Under the pieces are notes generated by a model, which worked only from the letters and a program-made list of their open reading frames with translations, had not been told where the DNA came from and ran no database searches. Made by a program: the position numbers and the translations under genes. Source: an uncultured Acidobacteriota bacterium (lineage in GTDB: Bacteria; Acidobacteriota; Vicinamibacteria; Fen-336). From it: DNA of 64,000 nucleotides. The stretch covers positions 28,724 to 92,723 of the forward strand of contig CAZNNH010000004.1 in NCBI GenBank assembly GCA_964574335.1, written 5' to 3'. Position 1 is the stretch's first letter; each line of letters opens with the position of its first letter. This document shows positions 33,472 through 42,882 of this stretch, one piece after another.

Positions 33472-36447
33472 TCAGAAGTCGAAGCCCATCCAGAAGTCGA
33501 ACTGCCACCCGCTAGAGACCACCTTCAAGTCGGTGAACTTGGTCCAGTCAAAGTGCAGCGGATAGCCCAGGAAGAAGACCTGCAGGCCGAAGCCGAACGA
33601 GGCCCGTCCATCCACCAGGTGGAAGCCCTTCACCGGCTCCCCGAACCAGGTGGTCGGATCGTTGGCATCGTAGTTCACGTACGAGGTGCCCGCGTCCGAG
33701 GAGGAGAAGGTGTACTCCTGCCCGTTGTACTTGGCGCCGCCGACCCCGGCATAGAGGGTCCCCCGAACCGGTCCCAGCAGGCCGATCGGCGTCGCCATCA
33801 GGTAGATCGCCGGCAGCCGCAGCTCGAGGTTGGCGTGGAATCCCTGGTTGCCGGCGATCGAGTAGTAGCGGAAGCCCCGCAGCGTGTGGTCGCCGCCGAA
33901 GTAGATGTAGTCGGGGTGGTTGCCGGTCGAGCGGAAGCCGTTGAAGCGCATTGCCAGGACCGAGGAGGTCGAGCCGAGGCGCAGGTACTTGCGCAGGTCG
34001 GCGCTCAGCGTGGTCCGCGACACCGAGTCTCCCAACGGTGGGGCCCACTCCACCCCGATCGAGAACGTGCTCCCATCCAGCGGACCCACATCCTGGAACC
34101 GGGTGGTCTCCTGGGTCAGGCGTATGGACAGCGGGACCATCAGCCCGTTGGCAAACGGCAGGGGTAGCCCGGCCGCCTCGTACTCGGCCTCGACCTGCGC
34201 CTGAATGTCCGGGTCCTGGTAGCGCTCGCGGATGTGGAAGGCGCCGGCAGAGACCGTCAGCCGCCGGAACTTGTCGAGGGGATACTGGGCGAAAGCCAAG
34301 CCGCCGCTCATCCGTTGGGTGAAGAACAACCCGGCCCGGAAGTCGTAGCTGTAGTAGGCGGCATAGCTGTTGTCGAAGAAGAAGATCGTGTTGTCCATGA
34401 GCGACGCGCCCCAGTGGAGGCGCCGCGACATGTTGGTGTAGGTCCCCTGGTAGGTGCGGAACTCGCGGATCGAGGCGGCGGTGACGGTGATGTTCTGGTC
34501 CCCCAGGACGTCGGTCAGGGCCACCTGGCTGCCGCCGAAGAAATCGCCGCCCGAGGTGACGCCGATGTTGAGGGGAGGCCTGCCCTCCAGGTACAACCCC
34601 TCGAACAGGCGCTTGCGCCGTTTGTTCTCGGCGACGATCTGGTGGGTCACGTCGGGCTGGAAGTCGACCACCTCTCCGGACGCCACCAGCACCTCCTGGT
34701 CGGCCTCCTTGAGCGGCTCGTTGGTCTCGATGGCGTGCAGCGCGTACTCACCCTTGTGGTAGCTGATGAAGGCGACCTTGTCGCCGTCCTTGCGGGGCAG
34801 CGGCGCCGGGGCGACGTTGCCGCCGAGCACGTCGGTGTACTGCCGGACCACCCCGGTGCGCAGGTCCAGACTGCGCAGGTTGAAGATCTCGTCGTCCTCG
34901 TTGGAGGCGTAGAACAACGTGTTGCCGTCCGGGGAGAAGACCGGCGTCAGGTCGTCGAAGGTGCCGAAGGTGAGCTGGGTGCGCTGGCTCGGGTCGCCCA
35001 GCGGGAAGGTGTAGATCTTGTCGTAGCCACTGATGTTACGGGTGTAGACGACGGTGCGACCGTCAGGCGAGACCCGGGGGTCGGAGTCGTAGAACGGGTC
35101 GCTCGTGAGGTTCCGGATGGTGCCGTCCTCGAGATCCATCAGGAACAGGTCCGATACCCCCCTCTGGATGCCGGAGAGGATCACGTGGTGGCCGTCGGGC
35201 AGCAAGCACGGCGACTTGGCCTGGTCGAGGGTCATCGGCAGCTTCTTGACCACCCGGCCGTCGAGCGGCGACATCAGGAACAACGAGCGCCGCTTCCCCG
35301 TGCGAGCGAAGAACGCGATCAGGTCCCCGTGCGGCCCGAAGTCCAGCGAGCGCCCGGCCACGAAGTTGTCCGACATCGTCAGGTTCTCGTACTGGCCGGT
35401 GAAGCCGCCGGTCAGGTTCTTGATCACCTTGCCGTCTTCGGCGGAGAGGAGCACGATGTCCAGCTCGCCGTCGGCGCGGTTGCCGCTGAAGGCCACCATC
35501 AGGTCCCCCGAGGGGCTGGGCATGAAGCCGAACACCTGGGTGAACGGCGTGACCTCCGAGTTGGGGGCCAGGTCGGGCCCGTAGTCCTCGGGCCGCTCCT
35601 TGTCGCGGTAGGGCTTGAAGCGCTCCTTCATCCACTTGTCGAAGGCCCGGTCGAAATCGTCGGGGCTGATCCGGAAGGCCTGGTTGTAGACGTCGTTGAA
35701 GCCGGCCCCCATCACCCCCTTGCGCAGGGTGTACATGAACTGCCGGATACCTTCCTTGCCGTAGCGGTCCTCGATGAACTCGAAGGCGGCGTGGCCCATG
35801 TTGTAGACCAGGCGGCCGCTGAAGGCGGCGAACTGGGCCCTCGAGAGCTTGGGCACGTTGTCGGTGACAGCGGCGTCCCTGATCATCATCAGGTCGAGGG
35901 GATCCCAGACGCCACGCATGTACTCGGCCAGCCCTTCGTCCACCCACAGCGGCGCAGAGCGCCCCAGCAGGCTTCGCGGCACCAGATCGAACTCGAAGAT
36001 GTGGGTCAGCTCATGGGTGATCAGCCCCTGCAGCTTGGCCGGCGCCTCGTCGATTGGCATCACCATCCGGTTGCGCACCGGCTCGGCGAAGGCCGCCACC
36101 CCTTCCGGCACGAACTCGGGGAAGAGGTTGGTCTGCTCGAACTCCGAGTGGGTCTTGTAGAACATCACCGGGATCGCGAAGGGGATCTCGTGTTTGAGCT
36201 CCGAGGAGACGTGCTGGTAGGCGCTCTCGAGGTAGGAGACGAGGCGCGACAGGTGCTGCTCGAACTCGGGGTAGTAGTAGACGCGGAAGTGGGGGCTCTG
36301 GTAGACCTGCCAGGAGAACGAGTCGTAGGTGACCTTGTTCTTCCCGTAGTAGGGGATGAACTGGGCGTGGGCCGGGGCCGCCAGCCCGACTGCCAGGGTG
36401 GCCGCGGCGAGGCCGACGAGCCCCCGCGTCGTCATCTGGTGCAGCAT
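33472..36447 (-). CDS. 991-aa outer-membrane fusion protein. From N- to C-terminus it has a signal peptide, a gluzincin-like HExxH peptidase domain, a TolB-like (PD40) beta-propeller, and an Omp85/BamA-type beta-barrel.
   Basis: Signal peptide ...AAPAHA-Q. ITHELTH...WVDEGLAEY forms an HExxH-(21)-E metal site. Propeller blades repeat LPDGHHVI, SPDGRTVVY, SPDGNTLFY. The C-terminus has HTLRGFRYY (the Omp85 L6 VRGF/Y motif) and ends WQFDFWMGFDF with an aromatic terminal Phe. No POTRA domains are present. Confidence 0.7.
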   Translation of the reverse strand: MLHQMTTRGLVGLAAATLAVGLAAPAHAQFIPYYGKNKVTYDSFSWQVYQSPHFRVYYYPEFEQHLSRLVSYLESAYQHVSSELKHEIPFAIPVMFYKTHSEFEQTNLFPEFVPEGVAAFAEPVRNRMVMPIDEAPAKLQGLITHELTHIFEFDLVPRSLLGRSAPLWVDEGLAEYMRGVWDPLDLMMIRDAAVTDNVPKLSRAQFAAFSGRLVYNMGHAAFEFIEDRYGKEGIRQFMYTLRKGVMGAGFNDVYNQAFRISPDDFDRAFDKWMKERFKPYRDKERPEDYGPDLAPNSEVTPFTQVFGFMPSPSGDLMVAFSGNRADGELDIVLLSAEDGKVIKNLTGGFTGQYENLTMSDNFVAGRSLDFGPHGDLIAFFARTGKRRSLFLMSPLDGRVVKKLPMTLDQAKSPCLLPDGHHVILSGIQRGVSDLFLMDLEDGTIRNLTSDPFYDSDPRVSPDGRTVVYTRNISGYDKIYTFPLGDPSQRTQLTFGTFDDLTPVFSPDGNTLFYASNEDDEIFNLRSLDLRTGVVRQYTDVLGGNVAPAPLPRKDGDKVAFISYHKGEYALHAIETNEPLKEADQEVLVASGEVVDFQPDVTHQIVAENKRRKRLFEGLYLEGRPPLNIGVTSGGDFFGGSQVALTDVLGDQNITVTAASIREFRTYQGTYTNMSRRLHWGASLMDNTIFFFDNSYAAYYSYDFRAGLFFTQRMSGGLAFAQYPLDKFRRLTVSAGAFHIRERYQDPDIQAQVEAEYEAAGLPLPFANGLMVPLSIRLTQETTRFQDVGPLDGSTFSIGVEWAPPLGDSVSRTTLSADLRKYLRLGSTSSVLAMRFNGFRSTGNHPDYIYFGGDHTLRGFRYYSIAGNQGFHANLELRLPAIYLMATPIGLLGPVRGTLYAGVGGAKYNGQEYTFSSSDAGTSYVNYDANDPTTWFGEPVKGFHLVDGRASFGFGLQVFFLGYPLHFDWTKFTDLKVVSSGWQFDFWMGFDF

Positions 36448-36463
36448 GGGTTCCTCTCCGACT

Positions 36464-37243
36464 CTACTGAAGGAGGATGCGCGTCCCGCGGATCTTCTGG
36501 GGAGAGATGACTCCGAGGAAGTTGGGGAGCAGGCGATCCATCAGCTCGAAGTACGACGACAGCGGCGACACCTTCTGGTCCGCCCCGTAGAGCACCTCCT
36601 CGGTGAAGCGCTCCTTGTGAAGCACCTCGCCGGAGCGACCGTCGACGAACACGAAGTCGGCGTCGAGGCTGAACCCTCTCCGCTCCAGAAAGCGGTTCTG
36701 CCGGATGAGCCGGGGCCGGTTCGAGGCGTCACGAACCACTCGCTCCTCGGCCTGATAGCCGGATCGGTTCTTCTCCTCGAAGCTCACCCTGCCGGTGACG
36801 ATCAGCGGTGACTGATACTCCTCGCCGATCTTGCGCCAGAAGGCGGCATCTTGCAGGGCCTGGCCGGCCCGCAGGTCGTACTGCTCCCGGTCTTCCTTGG
36901 TGTAGTGCCCCTCCTCGCCGAGGCTCTGCTTGATCTGGTCCAGGGCGTCGTAGAGAGGGGGGCGGTCCGGCTCCAAGACCTGCAGCTTCGAGTTCGAGCG
37001 GAGCTGGTTCTGGAGCAGCCGGGCGGTCTCCGAGGCAACGTCCACGTCGCCCGCAGTCAGCTCGCCCACGAAGCCCGCCACCAGCACGCGACGGAACGCC
37101 CTCACGTCGATCTTGCTCTGCAGCGGCACCTGTACCGGCACCTCTACGTAGCCGGTGCAGCTCGACAGGGCGAGGAGGGTGATGACACCCAGCCCGAGGC
37201 TAGGGACGCTGCCGTGCTTGGCTCTTCCGGTTCCGCTTGTCAT
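36464..37243 (-). CDS. Hypothetical lipoprotein
   Basis: The 259-aa tail of track ORF 36464..37543 starts MTSGTGRAKHGSVPSLGLGVITLLALSSC (lipobox LSSC). Upstream residues of the track ORF overlap the TPR gene in another frame. Confidence 0.5.
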   Translation of the reverse strand: MTSGTGRAKHGSVPSLGLGVITLLALSSCTGYVEVPVQVPLQSKIDVRAFRRVLVAGFVGELTAGDVDVASETARLLQNQLRSNSKLQVLEPDRPPLYDALDQIKQSLGEEGHYTKEDREQYDLRAGQALQDAAFWRKIGEEYQSPLIVTGRVSFEEKNRSGYQAEERVVRDASNRPRLIRQNRFLERRGFSLDADFVFVDGRSGEVLHKERFTEEVLYGADQKVSPLSSYFELMDRLLPNFLGVISPQKIRGTRILLQ

Positions 37244-37547
37244 CGGCTTCCCTGAACAGGTCGTAGTTCTGCTGGATGTAGACGTCCCCGGGCCGCAGCT
37301 CGAGGGCCCGCTCGTAGGCCTTGCGGGCCTTGTCGAACTCCCCCGCCTGCTCCAGCGCCACCGCCAGGTCGTTGAGCGCGTGGGCATTGTCGGGGTCGAG
37401 CAGCACCGCCTTCTCGAACCGGAACTGAGCCTCACGCCACAGCCCCTTCCTGGCCACCTGGATGCCGAAGCGGAGCTCCTCCTTGCTCGTTGAGACGGAG
37501 CCGGTCTGGGCCAGCAGCAACAGGGAGAGTGGAATCGCGGCAAGCAT
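37200..37547 (-). CDS. Secreted TPR-repeat protein
   Basis: Signal peptide MLAAIPLSLLLLAQTGS, followed by TPR helices (ALNDLAVALEQAGEFDKARKAYERALELRP). Confidence 0.6.
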   Translation of the reverse strand: MLAAIPLSLLLLAQTGSVSTSKEELRFGIQVARKGLWREAQFRFEKAVLLDPDNAHALNDLAVALEQAGEFDKARKAYERALELRPGDVYIQQNYDLFREADDKRNRKSQARQRP

Positions 37548-37622
37548 GGGGCCTTACTCCGAGAAGACGTGGCGTGGTATGTCCTTGGTTACGCGATCCT
37601 TTGATGTTATGCGAGCCCTCTT

Positions 37623-37644
37623 TGGCATTGCAAGGCCAATGCCA
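37623..37644. repeat. Perfect 8-bp inverted repeat TGGCATTG-n6-CAATGCCA in the divergent TPR/dprA intergenic region
   Basis: Read directly from the sequence. It is the only strong palindrome in this 213-bp spacer, so it is a candidate operator or hairpin. Confidence 0.4.
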
Positions 37645-37919
37645 GCCAGGGTCGGACCGGCCTCCGCGGGAGCGCCTTCCAGGTCTGCGCGGGCCCGTAG
37701 ACTCCGCGATACCCCCTGTCCAGCCACAAGGACACTACGTTAGTCCTCCAGGACACTGGCATGATAGGGGGAGGGCTCGAATTCTCCGGTCGTCTGAGGG
37801 CTGGCTGCCAGCCTGGGAGGCCGAGAGGACCACCAGGGGGGCCAAAGGGGGCGCGGACCTTGACAGGCAGGGGTCGGCTCTTACAATGGGTGCCCCTCGG
37901 AGGGCTGGGAAGGGAGCCG

Positions 37920-38978
37920 TTGGACCAGATCCAGGAGTTGCTCACCGTGGCGCTATTGCCCGATGTCGGGCCGCGCTGCGCCCGCGAGCTCCTCCAGCGG
38001 GGGCCGATCAGCGACCTGCTCGCACACCCGGAGGAGCACCGCGACCTTCTGCCGGAGGCGGCGCGGCGCCAGCTCGCCTCGGGCGCCGCGGCGCGACGGG
38101 CCGACGAGGAAGCCTCCCGTGCCCGCCGATCGGGCCTGTGTCTGCTCGGCCGGGGCTCCGACGGCTATCCTCGGCGCTTGGCCCGGATCTACGACCCTCC
38201 CCTGGTACTCTACGTGTGGGGCCACCTGGAGCCCGAGGAAGGAGAGACGAGCCTGGCGATCGTGGGCTCCCGAGCCGCCTCGCCCCCGGGAAGATCGCTG
38301 GCGCGCCGCATCGCGCGGGAGCTGGCGGCGGGCGGGGTGAGCGTCGTCTCCGGGTTGGCGCGAGGCATCGACACCGCCGCCCATCAGGGAGCGCTGGATG
38401 CCAGAGGCCGTACCATCGCCGTGTTGGGATGCGGTCTCGACCGGGTCTACCCCCCCGAGAACGCGGGGCTGGCGGCACAGGTGGCGGCATCCGGCGCCGT
38501 GGTGTCGGAGTTCCCGCTCGGGACCCCACCGCTGCCGGGCCATTTCCCCCGTCGCAACCGTCTCATCGCGGGATGGGGCCGCGGTGTGTTGGTGGTCGAG
38601 GCAGCCGCCCGCAGCGGCGCGCTCGGTACCGTCCGCTGCGCCCTCGAAGAGGGTCGCGAGGTGATGGCCGTGCCGGGCCACCCGACCAGTCGTGGCTCCG
38701 AGGGGGTCAACGCGCTGATCCGCGACGGGGCGACGCTGGTCCGAGACGCCGGCGACGTCGCGGCCGAGCTGGGCGTCAGCCTGGACCAGGGCGAGCCGTC
38801 GTGCGCCGAGGGGCAGCCGTTGCTCGAGCTGCTGCGGCCGGGCGCCCCGATGAGCCTGGAGGCGTTGCGGGAGCAGAGCGGGATGCAGGTGCCGGAGCTT
38901 CTGGCCAGGCTGGGAGCGCTCGAGCTTCTGGCGCGGGTGGAGCGTCTGCCGGGACCCCTGTTCGTGAGGATGACCTAG
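37920..38978 (+). CDS. dprA: DNA-processing protein DprA (Smf)
   Basis: Rossmann-like DprA core (LAIVGSRAASPPGRSLARRIA...GIDTAAHQGAL...RNRLIAGW). The proposed TTG start at 37920 has a GGAAGGGAG RBS. Track ORF 37761..38978 carries a low-complexity N-terminal extension that is unlikely to be real. Confidence 0.8.
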   Translation: MDQIQELLTVALLPDVGPRCARELLQRGPISDLLAHPEEHRDLLPEAARRQLASGAAARRADEEASRARRSGLCLLGRGSDGYPRRLARIYDPPLVLYVWGHLEPEEGETSLAIVGSRAASPPGRSLARRIARELAAGGVSVVSGLARGIDTAAHQGALDARGRTIAVLGCGLDRVYPPENAGLAAQVAASGAVVSEFPLGTPPLPGHFPRRNRLIAGWGRGVLVVEAAARSGALGTVRCALEEGREVMAVPGHPTSRGSEGVNALIRDGATLVRDAGDVAAELGVSLDQGEPSCAEGQPLLELLRPGAPMSLEALREQSGMQVPELLARLGALELLARVERLPGPLFVRMT

Positions 38979-39031
38979 GGCGCTCCCAAGGTCCGGAGGG
39001 TCGCCGAGGGCGCCCCTAGCTGAGGAGGAAG

Positions 39032-41476
39032 GTGGCGAAGAACCTCGTTGTCGTCGAGTCGCCGGCCAAGGCGAAGACCATCAACCGGTACTTGGGCCGG
39101 GGCTACGTGGTCAAGGCCTCCATGGGCCACGTGCGCGACCTGCCCAAGAAGTCGCTGGGCGTGGACGTGGACCAGGGCTTCAGACCGGAATACGAGACGC
39201 TGCCCGGGCGCACGAAGGCCCTGGACGAGATCAAGGCCGCCGCCAAGGACGCGGCCACGATCTTCCTCGCCGCCGACCCGGACCGGGAAGGGGAAGCGAT
39301 CTGCTGGCACATCGCCGAGTCGCTCGGCGCCGCCGCCAAGAAGAAGGTGCGGCGAGTGGTCTTCAACGAGATCACCAAGCGCGCCATCGACGAGGCCTTC
39401 ACCCACCCCGGCCAGCTCGACGCCCGCAAGATCGACGCCCAGCAGGCGCGCCGGATCCTCGATCGCCTGGTCGGCTACAAGGTCAGCCCGATCCTCTGGG
39501 AGAAGGTGAGGCGCGGCCTGTCGGCCGGCAGGGTCCAGTCGGTCGCCCTTCGCCTGATCTGCGACCGAGAGCGCAAGATCCGGGCCTTTCGCCCCGAGGA
39601 GTACTGGACGGTCACCGCCCATCTCGACGCCGAGCAGCCGCCCCGTTTCACCGCCGAGCTGGTCAAGAAGCGGGGCCAGGCGATCGAGGTCGGCAGCGCC
39701 GACGAGGCCGCCGCCGTCCGCCGTGATCTGGAAGGCGCCGAGCTCGCCGTGGCCGAGGTCCAGGCCCGCACCCGCAAGCGGCACCCGGTACCTCCCTTCA
39801 TCACCTCGAAGCTGCAGCAGGAGGCGTTCAAGCGCCTGCGCTTTTCGGTGCGCAAGACCATGCAGGTGGCCCAGCGCCTCTACGAGGGCATCGAGCTCGG
39901 CGACGAAGGCAGCGTCGGCCTGATCACGTACATGCGTACCGACTCGACCCGCGTCTCGGAGGAGGCGCTCGAGGCGGTGCGCAAGCTCATCGCCGGCACG
40001 TACGGGGAGGAGCACCTCCCTCCAAAGCCCGTCCTACACCGCGCCAAGAAGGACGCCCAGGACGCCCACGAGGCGGTGCGTCCCACCGACCTCGACCACG
40101 ACCCGGAGACCATCAAGCGGTTCCTCTCCAAGGACGAGCTCGCGCTGTACAAGCTGATCTGGAACCGCTTCGTGGCATCCCAGATGAAGCCGGCGGTGTA
40201 CGACGAAACCCTGGTCGACGTCGCGGCAGGAGACTATCTGCTGCGGGCTCGCGGCGCGGTCCTGAAGTTCCGGGGGTTCCTTGCGGTCTACGAGGAGGCC
40301 CCCGACGAGAACGCAGCGTCCGCGAAGGCCATGGCGGAGGGCTCGGAGCAGCCCTCGGTCACCAAGGCCCCGCTGCCGCCGCTGCAGGCGGGCGACCGGC
40401 TGAAGCTCTTCCAGCTCGACACCGACCAACACTTCACCCAGCCCCCTCCGCACTTCAGCGAGGCGAGCCTGGTCAAGGAGCTCGAGGAGAACGGCATCGG
40501 CCGTCCCTCCACCTACGCCAGCATCATCGCCACCATCGAAGCTCGGGAGTACATGGAGAAGCGGGAGCGGCGCCTCTACCCCACCGAGCTCGGCTTCGTG
40601 GTCAGCGACCTCCTGGTCGAGCATTTCTCGGACATCGTGAACGTCGAGTACACCGCCGCCATGGAGGGGGAGCTCGACGAGATCGAGGAGGGGACCGACA
40701 ACCTCCTCAACACCCTCAACCAGTTCTGGAAGAAGTTCAAGCGCGACCTCAAGAAAGCGCAGAAGGAGATGAAGGACGTCAAGCGCCTCGAGGAGCAGAC
40801 CGACGAGGTGTGCGACAAGTGCGGCTCGGCGATGGTCATCAAGTGGGGGCGCTACGGCAAGTTCCTGGCCTGCTCCAGCTACCCCAAGTGCCGGAACACC
40901 CGCCAGCTCGAGGGGGGCGAGGGCACGGACGTGCCGGAGCTGCACGAGGACGTCGCCAAGGAGGTCTGTCCCCAGGACGGCCAGCCGATGGTGCTCAAGA
41001 AGGGGCGCTACGGGCCGTTCCTGGCCTGCAGCCGCTACCCGGACTGCCGTACCACCAAGCGGCTGGTTCGGGGCGAGGGCGGCAAGCTGCAGGTGGAGAC
41101 CCTGGCCCCGATCGACGAAAAATGCCCCGAGTGCGGGGCCGACCTGATGTGGCGCCGGGGCCGCTTCGGAGCCTTCATCGCCTGCAGCAGCTACCCGAAC
41201 TGCCGCTACGTGAAGGGCAAGGAGGCCAAGGAGATCGGCTTGCTCTGTCCGGACTGCGGCGAGGGGCAGGTGGTCGAGCGCAAGGGCCGCTGGGGCCGCC
41301 CCTTCTACGGGTGCAAGCGCTACCCCGCATGCACCTTCACCGCCTACCACCGGCCGCTGGCGGAGCCCTGCCCCGAGTGTGGCAGCCCGTATCTGCTGAT
41401 GAAGGAGACCAAGAAGGAGGGGAAGGTGGTCTTCTGCGCCAACGAGAGCTGCCACTACAGGCGGCAGGCAGCCTGA
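39032..41476 (+). CDS. topA: DNA topoisomerase I with four C-terminal C4 zinc ribbons
   Basis: An 814-aa protein with a TOPRIM N-terminus (MAKNLVVVESPAKAKTI), active-site Tyr region, and four CxxC...CxxC ribbons. Confidence 0.95.
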   Translation: MAKNLVVVESPAKAKTINRYLGRGYVVKASMGHVRDLPKKSLGVDVDQGFRPEYETLPGRTKALDEIKAAAKDAATIFLAADPDREGEAICWHIAESLGAAAKKKVRRVVFNEITKRAIDEAFTHPGQLDARKIDAQQARRILDRLVGYKVSPILWEKVRRGLSAGRVQSVALRLICDRERKIRAFRPEEYWTVTAHLDAEQPPRFTAELVKKRGQAIEVGSADEAAAVRRDLEGAELAVAEVQARTRKRHPVPPFITSKLQQEAFKRLRFSVRKTMQVAQRLYEGIELGDEGSVGLITYMRTDSTRVSEEALEAVRKLIAGTYGEEHLPPKPVLHRAKKDAQDAHEAVRPTDLDHDPETIKRFLSKDELALYKLIWNRFVASQMKPAVYDETLVDVAAGDYLLRARGAVLKFRGFLAVYEEAPDENAASAKAMAEGSEQPSVTKAPLPPLQAGDRLKLFQLDTDQHFTQPPPHFSEASLVKELEENGIGRPSTYASIIATIEAREYMEKRERRLYPTELGFVVSDLLVEHFSDIVNVEYTAAMEGELDEIEEGTDNLLNTLNQFWKKFKRDLKKAQKEMKDVKRLEEQTDEVCDKCGSAMVIKWGRYGKFLACSSYPKCRNTRQLEGGEGTDVPELHEDVAKEVCPQDGQPMVLKKGRYGPFLACSRYPDCRTTKRLVRGEGGKLQVETLAPIDEKCPECGADLMWRRGRFGAFIACSSYPNCRYVKGKEAKEIGLLCPDCGEGQVVERKGRWGRPFYGCKRYPACTFTAYHRPLAEPCPECGSPYLLMKETKKEGKVVFCANESCHYRRQAA

Positions 41477-41512
41477 CCGCGCCCGGGCTGGCCGCTCCCC
41501 CTCCGGCGTTCG

Positions 41513-41518
41513 TATAAT
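41513..41518 (+). promoter_or_regulatory. Perfect TATAAT -10 hexamer 18 nt upstream of the trmFO ATG
   Basis: cgTATAATcc. There is no obvious -35. This may be an internal promoter for trmFO-xerC. Confidence 0.25.
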
Positions 41519-41535
41519 CCCAAGAAGCTCACATC

Positions 41536-42882
41536 ATGGACCGCCAGGTCACGATCGTCGGGGGCGGGCTGGCGGGCGCCGAGGCGGCCTGGCAACTGGC
41601 TCGCCGCGGCGTGTCGGTCCGCCTGCTCGAGATGCGCCCGCAACGCTCGACGCCGGCGCATCGGACGGACCTGCTCGCGGAGCTCGTCTGCTCCAACAGC
41701 CTGCGGGGCAACGCCCTCGAGCAGCCGGCCGGACTGCTCAAGGAGGAGATGCGCCGTCTCGACTCCCTGATCGTCCGAGTCGCCGACCAGGTCCGGGTGC
41801 CGGCGGGCAGCGCGCTGGCGGTCGACCGGGCCCGGTTTGCCGAGGGAGTGACCGCCGCCCTGCGGGCCCGACCCGAGGTGCAGATCGAGCGTCGTGAGGT
41901 CGACCGTATCCCCGAAGGGGCGGTGGTGGTGCTCGCTACCGGACCCCTCACCGCGGACACCCTGGCCCAGGACATCGCCGCCTTCGTCGGCGAGTCGCAC
42001 CTGTACTTCTTCGACGCCATCAGCCCGGTGGTGGAGACCGAGAGCATCGACACCCACCGGACGTTCCGCGCCTCCCGCTACGGTCGGGGAGGCGACGACT
42101 ACCTCAACTGCCCGATGAGCGAGGGAGAGTACCGGGCCTTCCTCGCGGAGTTGCTGGCGGCCGAGCCGGCCACCCTCCACGACTTCGAGCGCGGGCTCTT
42201 CTTCGAAGGTTGCCTGCCGATCGAGGTGCTGGCCCACCGGGGGCCCGAGGCGCTTCTGTTTGGGCCCCTCAAGCCCGTCGGGCTCGTCGACCCGCGAACC
42301 GGTCGCCGCCCGTTCGCCGTGGTCCAGCTCCGTCAGGACGACCTGGCCGCCAGCCATCACTCGATGGTCGGCTTCCAGACCCAGATCCGGTGGGGCGAGC
42401 AGGCGCGGGTGTTCCGGATGATCCCAGGCCTCGAGCAGGCCGAGTTCATCCGCTTCGGGACGGTCCACCGCAACACCTACGTGAACGCTCCACGGATCCT
42501 GGACGCCACCTTCGAGAGCCGTCGTCGCCCCGGCCTGTTCCTCGCCGGACAGATGTCGGGAGTGGAGGGCTACGTGGAATCGGCGGCCTCCGGGCTAGTC
42601 GCCGGGGTCGGCGCCGCCGCCCGGATGCGGGGCCAGACCCCTCCGAGGTTCCCCGAGCAGACGGCCCTCGGAGCGCTGGGGCGGCACGTCTCGGGCGGCA
42701 ACGCCCGCAACTACCAGCCCACCAACATCCAGTTTGGCCTATTGCCAGATCTTGGATTCCGCGTCCGCGAGAAGAAGGCTCGCCGTCAGGCGATCTCCCG
42801 ACGCGCCCTCGAGTCCCTGGACAGGTTCCGAGCCCAGGTGCTGGGCGAGGAGGGCCCCGAGGCCGGCCGGGCGGGCGGATGA
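41536..42882 (+). CDS. trmFO: Methylenetetrahydrofolate--tRNA-(uracil54-C5)-methyltransferase TrmFO (Gid)
   Basis: FAD-binding N-terminus MDRQVTIVGGGLAGAEAAWQLA and GidA-like fold. Length is 448 aa. Confidence 0.9.
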   Translation: MDRQVTIVGGGLAGAEAAWQLARRGVSVRLLEMRPQRSTPAHRTDLLAELVCSNSLRGNALEQPAGLLKEEMRRLDSLIVRVADQVRVPAGSALAVDRARFAEGVTAALRARPEVQIERREVDRIPEGAVVVLATGPLTADTLAQDIAAFVGESHLYFFDAISPVVETESIDTHRTFRASRYGRGGDDYLNCPMSEGEYRAFLAELLAAEPATLHDFERGLFFEGCLPIEVLAHRGPEALLFGPLKPVGLVDPRTGRRPFAVVQLRQDDLAASHHSMVGFQTQIRWGEQARVFRMIPGLEQAEFIRFGTVHRNTYVNAPRILDATFESRRRPGLFLAGQMSGVEGYVESAASGLVAGVGAAARMRGQTPPRFPEQTALGALGRHVSGGNARNYQPTNIQFGLLPDLGFRVREKKARRQAISRRALESLDRFRAQVLGEEGPEAGRAGG

